Of a stretch of DNA of 64,000 nt, positions 30,793-40,834 are shown in pieces (positions within the stretch are counted from its first letter, which is position 1; each line of letters begins with the position of its first letter). Location of the stretch: contig DAIDCO010000003.1 in NCBI GenBank assembly GCA_027309555.1, positions 6,737 through 70,736 on the forward strand. The letters run 5' to 3'. The position numbers and the translations under genes were made by a program. The notes under the pieces were generated by a model, which was given only the letters and a program-made list of their open reading frames with translations, searched no databases and was not told where the DNA came from. Source of the DNA: a bacterium (GTDB lineage Archaea; Thermoplasmatota; Thermoplasmata; Lutacidiplasmatales; UBA184).

Positions 30793-30970
30793 GGTCGCAC
30801 CGCGCGGCGGACAGTATCTCCCTATATGGCGAGTCGGGAGGGAGGGCCGGACCGCGGACCACGATCGCGAGCGAAGGGAACCGCGTCCCTCCCCGCCGGG
30901 TCTAAGGCATGGAACCCGGGCGACCCCGTAGATCCCTGAGCCGCTACGGTCCCCGCACGGCGGGCCGGTC

Positions 30971-31723
30971 TCAGGGAGGTCGGGTCGGGCGGTCCTCGGC
31001 CCCGTCGGATAGGATCGTGCCCGCAGGGAGGGTCCAGCTGGACTCAAGATACCACGCGTTCACGACCCCCGTCGGCCGGAGACGATGGATGTCGGCATGG
31101 GCCGAACCGTAGAACTCGACGTGGCCGCGACCCTCCCAGATCTCGTGGAGCGCGTACTTCTCGAGCGTAGTGAACACGACCTGCCGCAGCCCCGGCACGC
31201 GCGGGTCGGGACTCGGGATTGTCCGCAGACAGAGACGGTTCGGGGTCGTGGGCAAGTCCGTCGTCCTCCCCCGGCGTCCATAGGCAAAGGCGACCCGCAC
31301 CAGCGGACCGGTGCGTCGCCGGATCGTGCCGACCACCTCGTTTCCGTCTTCTACGAGCGACTCGGGCTCGCACATCATCTTGGCCATCCCGTAGAGCTCG
31401 CGGCCGACCAGCAGGGCCTCGTCACTCGAGGTCCAGAGGAACGGGGCGTAGGTCGAAGTACGATCCCGGAACTTCACGCCGACGAGCAACGCCCCTTCGT
31501 GGTAACGCCCGGGTCCGGGCACCTGCCTCATATCGCCGACGAACGCGGCGGCGAACGGACGGTCGGGGAGCTCGAACGGCGGAGGGATCAGCCGAGCGAT
31601 CTCCGCCGGGTCGGCTTCGAATTGGACGAGCACCTGCCGGCAATGCGTCATCTCGAATGGCGGGGGTCCGTACGCGGGGGCGGTCCACGGAAGTGAGTAA
31701 CCTTCCGGCGCACCGGGAGCCAT
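30971..31723 (-). CDS. Acetoacetate decarboxylase family protein
   Basis: PAYGPPP, LIPPPFE, YHEGAL, GRELYGMAK (Schiff-base Lys). Confidence 0.88.
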   Translation of the reverse strand: MAPGAPEGYSLPWTAPAYGPPPFEMTHCRQVLVQFEADPAEIARLIPPPFELPDRPFAAAFVGDMRQVPGPGRYHEGALLVGVKFRDRTSTYAPFLWTSSDEALLVGRELYGMAKMMCEPESLVEDGNEVVGTIRRRTGPLVRVAFAYGRRGRTTDLPTTPNRLCLRTIPSPDPRVPGLRQVVFTTLEKYALHEIWEGRGHVEFYGSAHADIHRLRPTGVVNAWYLESSWTLPAGTILSDGAEDRPTRPP

Positions 31724-32182
31724 GGCGGCCGCAATGCCGGACCATATTTGAGGCCAGGAGGCGGCAGGGCGATTCGCCCCACGAGTTCCCTCCCCATCGG
31801 GCCTCGGGACCACCGGGACTCCGGCAAGGCAGTTCCCGAACGCGTTCCCGGAGCAGGCCCGCGGGCGGACGATGCAACGCGTTATCTCTGTCGCACGCGG
31901 ATCGATCCAGAGCCCCGAATGCGCCTCGTGCTCATCCGGCTCGTCTACTGCTCCCCAGCAGGCGTCACGGATCGTTCCGGCGCGAGTCCACACCGGGTCC
32001 GGCCCTTGCCTCGGCGGGCCGGACGACCCGGCGAGACTGGCCGGGCGGGCGCAACGCCAGCAACCTGGCGTCGCGTATCTTGGGCACGTCCCGCGGGACC
32101 CGGGGCTACGGGACTATCGAGACGACGTCGAGCCCAGTGGTCGGCGACCTCGGGTCGGGCGGACGCGTGCGGCCGCGGTGCC

Positions 32183-32653
32183 TCAGGGCGATCCGGGAAT
32201 GGCGAGCAGGGATTCAGTGCCCGTCACTGCACCGAGGGTCTTTCGGATGTAGGCCGCCTCAAAGACGTCGCTCAGGGTTCGGGGTCGCTTGTCGGCGAAG
32301 ACCGTGTCCGCATGCCACTTCGATCCGAACCGAACGAGCGTCATCAGAATGGGGAGGGCGTCCTCGCCCTTCTCCGTCAGGCCCCACTTCGTGTAATTCC
32401 GTCCCCGCTCCGCGGCCCGGATGTATCCCCCGGATTCAAGTTCCCGCAGTCGCATGGCGAGCACGCGCTTCGTGAGGCCCGGCGTGATCCTCAGCATCTC
32501 GTTGAAGCGGTGTGCCCGGTAAAGCGCGATGTTCCTCAGCACAAGGAGCGCCCACTTTCGGCCAAGTACTCCCAGGCTGGCCTTCACCGGGCAGCCGACA
32601 AACTCGACCTTTAGTTCGGGAGCTGACTGAGGAATCGCCGCTCTCCTCTGCAC
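32183..32653 (-). CDS. HxlR-family winged-helix regulator
   Basis: CPVKASLGVLGRKWALLVL, RFNEM, VLAMRLRELE, LTEKG. Confidence 0.92.
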   Translation of the reverse strand: MQRRAAIPQSAPELKVEFVGCPVKASLGVLGRKWALLVLRNIALYRAHRFNEMLRITPGLTKRVLAMRLRELESGGYIRAAERGRNYTKWGLTEKGEDALPILMTLVRFGSKWHADTVFADKRPRTLSDVFEAAYIRKTLGAVTGTESLLAIPGSP

Positions 32654-32952
32654 CGGTCTCCGTCAACCCGCCCCTGACTCATATGGTTTGCAGTTGATAC
32701 CGACCGTCGCGCGACGGACGGCTCCCCGGGTCGAGGCAACGGCAACAGGAGACTCGGTAGTAGCCCCGCCGTTTGGCCACCGCCGGGGCGCTGAACCGCC
32801 CGGACGTCGGTGGGGAGAGTATCCTTGGGTTGCGCTTTGCGGAACGTAATGATGCGCGCATCGCGGCCGTCCGATTGTCTGGCCGGCCTCTCGGTTCCGG
32901 AGTTGCATCCGAGCAGGGACTCGTGACAGCCATGCAGCGCTGCGCCGCAAAG

Positions 32953-33027
32953 TGGGCCCAGTCGGATTTGAACCGACGACCTCCCGGTTATCAGCCGGGT
33001 GCTCCAGCCAAACTAAGCTATGGGCCC
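32953..33027 (-). tRNA. tRNA-Ile (anticodon GAT), intronless, full CCA not encoded
   Basis: GGGCCCATAGCTTAGTTTGGCTGGAGCACCCGGCTGATAACCGGGAGGTCGTCGGTTCAAATCCGACTGGGCCCA folds as a cloverleaf. Confidence 0.96.
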
Positions 33028-33150
33028 TCGCGGCGCGGGAGGGGAGGGCGGCTTTAGCTGTTTCCCGTTCAATCCCGGGATGCCGGGCCAATCGAGAGCG
33101 ATCTTCCGGCCACGCAGTGCTGCCCGGCAAGTTCGTCGGTGGAAACCTTC

Positions 33151-33735
33151 CTAGGTTCCGTCGATGCGCACGACCGAGCTTGTCGTGCCGACCCAGACGA
33201 CCGGCCAGATAGGGGACGCGGCCATCGATTCTAACTCGGCTATCGAGGGGACCTGCATCGAAAACAGCATCGTTCCCTGAGCGTCGAACAGCCGGATCGT
33301 TCCTGAAAGATTTCCCGTGGCTATCTCCGAGCCATCGTCCCCGACGACCACGTCGTTGCCGCGAACGTTCGGTTGCAACAGCGAGACCGCTCCGAGGAAG
33401 CGGCTCCACGCCACCGATCCTGCTTCCAAGAGATACAGACGGCTCCCGGCGGCGACCGCCGCTTCGGAGCCAGCTCCAAGCAGCTACAGGCTCCAAACGT
33501 CCGAGCCCGGAGAGAATACCCAAAGCAGATCTCCGAGCCCGTTGTACGCGACGGCGAGGCCGGTCCCGTACCCGTCCGTGCCCACCGCCACCACGCCCCC
33601 GCCGGTGCTCATCGCGATCGAGTCCCCTACGTCGCTCAGCGGTTGGGATTAGAGGAGCGAACCTGTCCCGCTGAAGAGATCTACCCAACCGCCCGGGGCA
33701 TATCCGTTGCCTAAGGCGATCCCGATTCGCTCAGC
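33151..33735 (-). pseudogene. Decayed WD40/PQQ-like beta-propeller fragment
   Basis: One frame of propeller-like blades (GTGSLL*SQPL, GDLLWVFSP, GTIRLFDAQGTMLF) broken by TAA 33649-51 and TAG 33484-86. Confidence 0.65.
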
Positions 33736-34365
33736 GCGAGGAACGTGCGGGGCAACGAGTGCGGGTTCCGAGCGGAGCCCGGCCCGTGGCCGATGGTCGG
33801 TGGTAGGGTTCGTATTCTCACCACGGTCACCCTCGCGGTGTCCCTGGCGACGCCCCGCGACGCTTGGGGCGAACCTGGGGTGGAAAAGTGCGAAGGCGGG
33901 CTCGCGTGCATCGGCGACCTGAGGGTCGACCTCAACCACCGCTGACGTGGTTTCGGCGAGAGCTTGTCGAAGCGAACGATCTGTGAGCTCTCTCAGCCGG
34001 CTCCCGGACCGATTCAGCGGGTCGCGGCGCGGTATGGAGCGACGTACCGACGGATCCGCCGACTCGGGTTCGAGGAACTTGTCGGTAGCCGCGGCACTGG
34101 GCGGCCAGTGAGTTCGGGGACCGAGACCGCCTCCCTTCAAGATCTCCGGTGTCCGAGCGATACGCCGGAGTCTGGCCGTCGTTCCCCAAGTTGAGGTCGC
34201 GCGCATTCGGCCGAGGGACTCCAGCCCGAACTCTCCCCAGCTCTCTTCGTTGCGCCCCGCGCCGAGGGTTGGGGGGGCTCCAGGGGTTTCGGCGGACGGC
34301 GCCCGGGCGCGTCCCTCCTCGCGGTTCATGGCGAACGGAGTCGAACGTTTCGACCGCTTACGCCC

Positions 34366-34821
34366 CTACGGAAGCGCGGTCGGTGCGCCTTCGACAAATC
34401 GCTTCAGCGTACCCGGGACGAACGCTTCGATTCCCGAAAGCCGGGCCCCGTCGGGACGAACGAGCAGGGGGAGGAGATCGTCTGGGCCGACCCACTGGTC
34501 GACCAGGCCCTGGTTTCCGGATGGGCGGTTCACATCCACCAACTGTACGGACTGTCCCCGCTCGCGGGTGATCTCGAGGAGCATCTCCGCGCATTGCATC
34601 TGCGGAAGCGGAAGTCGCCAGGCCGGCGCCCCCGGCGGAAGGTCCGCATCGACGCCTCTCTCCGCCGGGGGAGCGGGCCGATTCCACAGCCACGGGGCGA
34701 GAGTCACCATGCCGGCGAGGCGATCGAGCATCGAGGTCGAGACATCCTGGAGCGGGTCCGGTCCCGTATCGGGCTCCCCCGCGACGAACAACAGGAAGGG
34801 GAGTCCGGGTGGGAGGGCCAT
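34366..34821 (-). CDS. Hypothetical protein
   Basis: Globular composition; TTAAA box about 25 nt upstream of the ATG. Confidence 0.6.
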   Translation of the reverse strand: MALPPGLPFLLFVAGEPDTGPDPLQDVSTSMLDRLAGMVTLAPWLWNRPAPPAERGVDADLPPGAPAWRLPLPQMQCAEMLLEITRERGQSVQLVDVNRPSGNQGLVDQWVGPDDLLPLLVRPDGARLSGIEAFVPGTLKRFVEGAPTALP

Positions 34822-35470
34822 CGCCCGGGGATCGACCCGTCGGCTTTAACGGTGAGCGGGCTCAGCGTGTGTTGTCACGCCGACCTCCCGGCTACCCTCC
34901 GCTCGCTCCGGCCCTACCAGGCTTCGGGCCCGCGGGGCGCGGGAAGAAGAGTGGCTCGGGAAGTCGTCCTGTCCGACGCGGAGGGAGCGGGAGAACGCAG
35001 GAGCGTCGCTCCGTCCAGCGCGCAACTCTGGATCCCCGCAGGACGAAAGTCTGGTCGCGACTTCCCGAGCCGCAATCCCGAAGATGTCGACCCTTCCGGT
35101 ACCCTCGGGACGGCAGGCGCCGACACGGATTCCCCTTCGGCGTTAGAGGGGGTTGGGAAACAAGAGAGCTCCGTTCCGGATCCATGGAACCGCGCCGAAC
35201 GAAGCCGAAAGGATGGCCCGCTCGCCGTCTCCATCCCGTGGATGTCCTCGATCCGCCGGTACCTTGAGGGATCAACCCCTCCAGCGAGTTTCCCCCGAAG
35301 AGTGGGGTACTCGCGAGAGACCCTCTTTTCGCAAAGTACGGGCTACCGCGGGCCCCCCCAACGTCGCTACCGAGCTCCCGCCCTAAACGGCATGGACCCG
35401 ACGCGCGAAGGGAGGGTCGACACGTCCGAGCGGAACGCCCGGCGAAGCGGGCGAGCGTCAGAGAACGGCG

Positions 35471-37513
35471 CTAGAGCGGTCCGAGCTCGAGGACCGTGCC
35501 CGAGTTGACGTCGGTCACGAATAGGAGGCGCGCAGCAGCGTCGTAGGCGAGACCCGTAGGCCCGGATCCGCCCGGGAGCGTCGCGACCACTGCTCCGGTT
35601 TCCGCATCGATGAGCGTCACGTTGTTCGACCCGGTGTTGGCGACGGCCACGAGGTGATCGGCGGCGAGGAGCACGGATCCTTCGGGGGTCGACCCGACGT
35701 CGACGCTGCCGACGGTTCGGTCGGTCGCCGGGTCCAGGAGGGCGACGGCGCTGGAGGCGAAGAGGGACACGTACACGAGCCCCGAGAGCGGGTCATACAG
35801 GGTGCCGTCCGGTTGGGGTCCGACGGTGACGAGGGCGACGACGCGGTTCGTGGCACCCGAGATCACCGTCACCGTGTCGCCGAAGTAGTTCGCCACATAG
35901 AGATCTCCGTTCGAGCGATCGAGGGCGATCCCGCCGTTCCCGGTCCCGTGAGGGACCCCGATGTGCTTGAAGACGTGGCCCGTGGCAGGACTGGCAACGG
36001 CGACCTCGCTGTCGAGGTCGCACTCGATATACAGAAGTCCGTTCAAGGGGTCGAAGACCACGCCGACCGTGAACGCACACCCGGCGTAGAGCGCCCCCAC
36101 CACCGAGTCGGTCTGGGTGTCGATAACGGTCAACCGATTCGTGAAGTCGTTCGCGACGTAGAGCCTTTCGTTCACCGGGTCGTAGGCAAGTTGCCAGGCA
36201 TACTCGTGGGTCGGGATGCTCGCGATCACCCGCCCCGTCGATGCGTCGATGACGGAGACGTTCGCGGATCCGTAGTTCGCTACGTAGACCCGGTGGTGGG
36301 TCGCGTCGTACACGACTCCCTTGGGCTCCGCGCCCACCGGAAGGCTCGCGTTCGTAAATGGGGTCGAAGAGACTCCGAGGGTCCAGGTGTCGGCGACCGG
36401 GCCGGCGCATACGTTCGCCGGGTCTCCGCAGCCGCCGAAGAGCAGCAGGTTGCCTCGCGGCGGGACTCCGGTGGCCGAGACGAGAGCCCGGGGGGCGGGG
36501 GAGAGCCACAGCCGGCTGGTGAGGTTCTCCCAGGCGCCCCCCGAGAAGAGCCACGTGTCGGAGTAGAAGGTCCAGGTCGCAAAGGCCGTGGAGAATCCGC
36601 CCCCGAATAGGACGTCTCCGAGGCCCGTGTCGGCGAACGCCGGCGCGTACCGGGCCGAGGGCGCCTCGGCGAGGCCCGAAGTGAGATTCGCCCACTTCCC
36701 CGCCGAAAAGGTCCAGGTGTCGCCGAGGCGGGAATCACTTCCCGAGACTCCCCCAAAGAGGACCACGTAGCCGTCGTGCGAATCGTAGGCCATGCCTGCA
36801 TTCTGCCGGGGCGACGGGGGTGAGCCGGCCGAAGCGGAGATATTCCTCCACTCCCCGGCGTGGAACGTCCAGGTGTCGGACAGGTAGCCGGCGGAGCTGT
36901 CGCCGCCGAACAGTACGACACATCCCTCCGCCGTGTCGTAGGCGAGCATCGGATTGTCGCGAGGGGAAGGGGAGACCCTGGGGTGGAGCTGAGTCCACTG
37001 GCCCCCATGGAACGCCCAGGTCTCTCCGAAGTCCGGGCCCAATAGCTCGTACCCTCCGAAGAGCAGGACATAGTGGTCGGCCGCGTCGTACACGATCGTC
37101 ACCGAATCGAGCGGGGGTGGGGATACTCGGGGATGCAGCTGCGTCCAACCGCCGTTCGAGAACTCCCACGTGTCGCCCCAGTAGGTGCCGTCGGCCGCAC
37201 CGCCCCCAAACAGGACCGTGTAGCCATCGGGGGGATCGTACGTCAGTCCGTCGAGATTTCGAGCCCCCGGCGCCGAGCGCGGGAACTCCTCCGACCAGGC
37301 CAGGGATGGCGCCAGAGAAGCGCTGGACAAGGCCCTCGGGAGTTCGGCGGGGCCGCTCAATATCGCGGCCGGACGCGCTCCGAGCGGGTTTGAATGCGAG
37401 GGAGCGGCCCCAGCACTCATCGAGGACACGAGCAACAATACAGGGATGCCCGTGAGGATAATGGCCCGCAGCGAGCCACGCATTCGTGTCCGAAGCGGTG
37501 GAACGACTTCCAA
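35471..37513 (-). CDS. Secreted Kelch-repeat + YVTN beta-propeller protein
   Basis: Signal-like N-terminus; repeated YD..DGYVVLFGG..DTW blades, then VYVANYGSANVSVID repeats. Confidence 0.9.
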   Translation of the reverse strand: MEVVPPLRTRMRGSLRAIILTGIPVLLLVSSMSAGAAPSHSNPLGARPAAILSGPAELPRALSSASLAPSLAWSEEFPRSAPGARNLDGLTYDPPDGYTVLFGGGAADGTYWGDTWEFSNGGWTQLHPRVSPPPLDSVTIVYDAADHYVLLFGGYELLGPDFGETWAFHGGQWTQLHPRVSPSPRDNPMLAYDTAEGCVVLFGGDSSAGYLSDTWTFHAGEWRNISASAGSPPSPRQNAGMAYDSHDGYVVLFGGVSGSDSRLGDTWTFSAGKWANLTSGLAEAPSARYAPAFADTGLGDVLFGGGFSTAFATWTFYSDTWLFSGGAWENLTSRLWLSPAPRALVSATGVPPRGNLLLFGGCGDPANVCAGPVADTWTLGVSSTPFTNASLPVGAEPKGVVYDATHHRVYVANYGSANVSVIDASTGRVIASIPTHEYAWQLAYDPVNERLYVANDFTNRLTVIDTQTDSVVGALYAGCAFTVGVVFDPLNGLLYIECDLDSEVAVASPATGHVFKHIGVPHGTGNGGIALDRSNGDLYVANYFGDTVTVISGATNRVVALVTVGPQPDGTLYDPLSGLVYVSLFASSAVALLDPATDRTVGSVDVGSTPEGSVLLAADHLVAVANTGSNNVTLIDAETGAVVATLPGGSGPTGLAYDAAARLLFVTDVNSGTVLELGPL

Positions 37514-37798
37514 TGCATAAACCCTACTGTATTCCGTTGCAGTTCAAGGCCTTTCGAGGTTCCGCTCACGCGGGGCGACCCGGGGCTCTCGCGAGCCCCC
37601 GGGTTGCGCCGAAAGAAGGACAGTTAGACCAACACCGCTCCGCGCTCCGCGAGGGGGGCTCGGGGGACTCCCCTGTGCGGGAGGAGTCGATACTCGAGAG
37701 GGGGGCGTTGGGGCTCAAGTACCCCGCCTCGAGCGCTGGTACGCGCGGACCAGGGACACAGGTAGATATCCCCCCGCAGAGCTCGCACCGGCGGACCG

Positions 37799-40700
37799 AT
37801 GCCGTCGCTACGGGGCCTCGGGCATCGCGGCTTCTCCGGGGCAGATTCCGTAGCCCCGTTCGGGAGCGGTGCGAAGGGTGGTTCCCGTCCCCTGCGCCGA
37901 TGGGGACGAACTGCCGGCCTTCGCCGAGAGGCCCGTACCTGGGCCCCCGGGGCAATCCTCGGGTTCCTCCTGCTGCTGGCGACGCTCTCTCCCATGGGAG
38001 GAGCCGCCCCCCTCCCGCACGCGGGCGGGAGCCATTCCGAGAGACCGGGGCCGGGAATGCCTTGGCGCCTCCCGACGCCCCCCTCTCCGCGCGCGCCGGT
38101 CACGGTCGGACCGAGTCCGTTGGGACCGGGAACCGTGGTGGGGACTCTCGTTCTCGCGAACGACAGCTATTTCCCGGGGAACTTCCCGGCGAACAACCCG
38201 GCCGCCATCACGAGCCCGGTCTACGACCCCGCGACCGCTCGGGTCTACATCGCCGACACCGACACCGACAATATCACGGTCCTCGACCCGAGCACGGGAG
38301 CCTTCGTCGCAAACTATCCCACGGGCACGACCAACTTCTCTGCCACCTCCCCCACGGGCATGGCACTCGATAGCTCGAATGGGGACCTCTACATCGCGAA
38401 CTCGGGGAACTCCTCCGTACTCGTCTGGGACCCCCGTACGCTCGCTCCGGTCGCCACGATTCCGGTCGCCAACGGGACCAACACCCTGGCGTACGACCCG
38501 CGGGATGGCGATCTCTTCGTGACCGCCCCCGCCGGAGTCACGGTGGTCTCGGTGATCAACGCGACCACGAACCGGGTGGTCGCGACGGTTCCCGTGGGAG
38601 TCTCTCCGCAGGCGATCGCGGTCGACACGCATACCGGCAGCGTCTTCGTCGGGAACTACGGCAGCAGCAACGTCTCCGTGCTGAACGCCACGAGCTTCGC
38701 CGTGAACCGCACGATCCCTCTGGCCGCCTCCGATGCCCCGAGCGCCGCCTGCTTCGATCCGGTCACGAACGAGATCCTGGTGACCAGCGGGGCCCTCGGC
38801 ATCGTCACCGTCCTCAACGCGAGCATCGGCGCGGTCGTCGCGAACATCACGGTCGCGCCGGCGCTCGCCCACGCGAACCTCGACGCGATCGCGTTCGACA
38901 GTACGAATCACGCCGTCTACACCGCCGATGCCGTCGGCCGGGTCGTGAACGTCCTCAACGTCTCCGCGCGCACCGTCCGGACCAATATCAGCGTCGGGGG
39001 CGAGCCGTCGGGCGTCGCGTTCGACCCGGTACAGAACACCCTCTACTCGACGAACCTCCTCACCGAGAACGTGAGCGTGATCGACCCGGTGACGAACCGC
39101 GTGGTTGCGAGCCCCCGGCTCTCCACGAGTCCCTGGGGCGTCGCCTTCGACCCGACGAACCGGGACCTGTTCGTCTCGAACTCCACCTCGTACGGCGAGG
39201 AGGGCCTCGGCACCGTGATGTCGGTCAATACGAGCACTCCGCGCGTCGGCACCATCTCCGGGTTCGGGTTCGCCCCGTCGGCGCCCCCCCTCGGCTACGG
39301 CACCTACGACGAGACGTACGACCCGGCCAATGGGCGGCTCTACGTGCTCCTCTCCGTGTATGACGGCGCGAACGCGACCACGTACGAGGCGCTCGGAGTG
39401 GTCGACGGACGCACGGGGACCCGCATTTCGGTACTGCCGCTCGAGTACGGCCTGAGCTGCCTGGCGTTCGACACCGCGAACCAGGTCGTCTACGTCGGGG
39501 CGGGATCCCCGAGCGGGGGGTACCTGCTCGGGTTCAACTCCACGGACGCGCTCGTCTCCCAGCTTCCGCTGAACGCGAGCCCGCAGGGGGTCGCCTTCGA
39601 CCCCGCGAACGGGGACCTGTACCTTACGGCGAGCGTGGGCGCCGTAGGTGAGCTCATCGCCGTGGATCCGATAACGAACAAGACCGTGGCGATGTACTCC
39701 CCGGACCCCACGTTCACCGCCACTCGTACCGTCGTGTATGACTCCGTTACCGCGGAGATCTTCGCGGGGAACGACCTCAACGGGCTGGCGGTCCTCAACG
39801 CGACGACCGGCCGATGGGTCGGGAACGTGACCGGGGTCGGGTTCACCGGTCCCGCCGTGTTCGATCAGGCGAACGGCCTCATCTACACCACGGAGGCCGG
39901 AACCAACGACGTCGCCGCCATCAACGGTTCCGCGCTTACGACCGTCGCGACGATTCCGGTCGGGATCGAGCCCGAGGGGATCGCGATGAACGGATCGGGC
40001 GAGACGCTCTACGTGGCGAACCTGCTCTCGGGCAGCATCTCGACGATCTCCCTGGGCGCATCCCCCCCGCCGACCTTGAGCACGGTAACGGTGACCCCGG
40101 GCACTGCGAGCATCCTCCCGCACGGCAACGCCACTTTCACCGCTACCCCGAGCTGCCGCGGCGGCCCCTGCCCGGTCGGTACTACCTACGCCTGGACGCT
40201 CAACAATAGCCTCGGGACCCTGAGCTCGACCAACGGGAGCACGACCTCGTTCACGGCCGGGACTTCGGGAGGCACGGCGATGCTCCACGTCACGGCAGCC
40301 CTCAACGGAGCTAGCGCCTACGGCTCCGCGGCGATCACGGTCGGCCCCGTCACGCCGGGGTTGGTCTCCGTGACGATCTCCCCCGCAAGCGTCACGGTCG
40401 TCGGGCCGAATGGCACCGTGAACCTGACCGCGAGCCCCAGTTGTCGCGGCGGCGCCTGCCCCGCGGGAACGACGTACCTCTGGTCGCTCGGCGGCGCCCT
40501 CGGAACGCTCAACGCGAGCTCGGGGAGCCGGGTGCGCTTCATCGCCGCCGGTACGACCGGGTCTACTACGGTCACGGTCACTGCATCGCTCCACGGGGCC
40601 AACGCTTCGGCGTCGGCGACGATCACCGTCTCCGAGCGTTCCCCGCCCCCGACGTCGGGAGGCGCCTTCCCGACCGGGTATCTCGAGATCGGGCTGGCGC

Positions 40701-40810
40701 TCGCGGCGGTCCTTGCGCTGGGGCTGTATCTCCGGAAGTTCCGAAAGTGGAAGGAGAAGCCCCCCGCATCCGCCCCGGGCCCGCCGGGGCCTTATAGAAT
40801 AATCTATTAG
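37799..40810 (+). CDS. Membrane-anchored YVTN/YncE propeller surface glycoprotein with two Ig-like repeats
   Basis: Signal helix, many YVAN..NVSVI blades, duplicated TA(T/S)PSCRGG.CP.GTTY.W domain, C-terminal TM plus basic tail; start uncertain. Confidence 0.9.
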   Translation: MPSLRGLGHRGFSGADSVAPFGSGAKGGSRPLRRWGRTAGLRREARTWAPGAILGFLLLLATLSPMGGAAPLPHAGGSHSERPGPGMPWRLPTPPSPRAPVTVGPSPLGPGTVVGTLVLANDSYFPGNFPANNPAAITSPVYDPATARVYIADTDTDNITVLDPSTGAFVANYPTGTTNFSATSPTGMALDSSNGDLYIANSGNSSVLVWDPRTLAPVATIPVANGTNTLAYDPRDGDLFVTAPAGVTVVSVINATTNRVVATVPVGVSPQAIAVDTHTGSVFVGNYGSSNVSVLNATSFAVNRTIPLAASDAPSAACFDPVTNEILVTSGALGIVTVLNASIGAVVANITVAPALAHANLDAIAFDSTNHAVYTADAVGRVVNVLNVSARTVRTNISVGGEPSGVAFDPVQNTLYSTNLLTENVSVIDPVTNRVVASPRLSTSPWGVAFDPTNRDLFVSNSTSYGEEGLGTVMSVNTSTPRVGTISGFGFAPSAPPLGYGTYDETYDPANGRLYVLLSVYDGANATTYEALGVVDGRTGTRISVLPLEYGLSCLAFDTANQVVYVGAGSPSGGYLLGFNSTDALVSQLPLNASPQGVAFDPANGDLYLTASVGAVGELIAVDPITNKTVAMYSPDPTFTATRTVVYDSVTAEIFAGNDLNGLAVLNATTGRWVGNVTGVGFTGPAVFDQANGLIYTTEAGTNDVAAINGSALTTVATIPVGIEPEGIAMNGSGETLYVANLLSGSISTISLGASPPPTLSTVTVTPGTASILPHGNATFTATPSCRGGPCPVGTTYAWTLNNSLGTLSSTNGSTTSFTAGTSGGTAMLHVTAALNGASAYGSAAITVGPVTPGLVSVTISPASVTVVGPNGTVNLTASPSCRGGACPAGTTYLWSLGGALGTLNASSGSRVRFIAAGTTGSTTVTVTASLHGANASASATITVSERSPPPTSGGAFPTGYLEIGLALAAVLALGLYLRKFRKWKEKPPASAPGPPGPYRIIY

Positions 40811-40834
40811 AACCCATGCTCCCTTACCTCTCTC

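Noticed and set aside
32953-33027. tRNA-Ile as integration site of either element
   Set aside because: I found no duplicate of its 3' half in the window, and the integrase is 7.8 kb away on its 5' side.
33484-33486. In-frame TAG as pyrrolysine/readthrough recoding
   Set aside because: The same frame also has a TAA and lacks a clear 5' end; decay is the simpler explanation, and no pyl genes are in the window.
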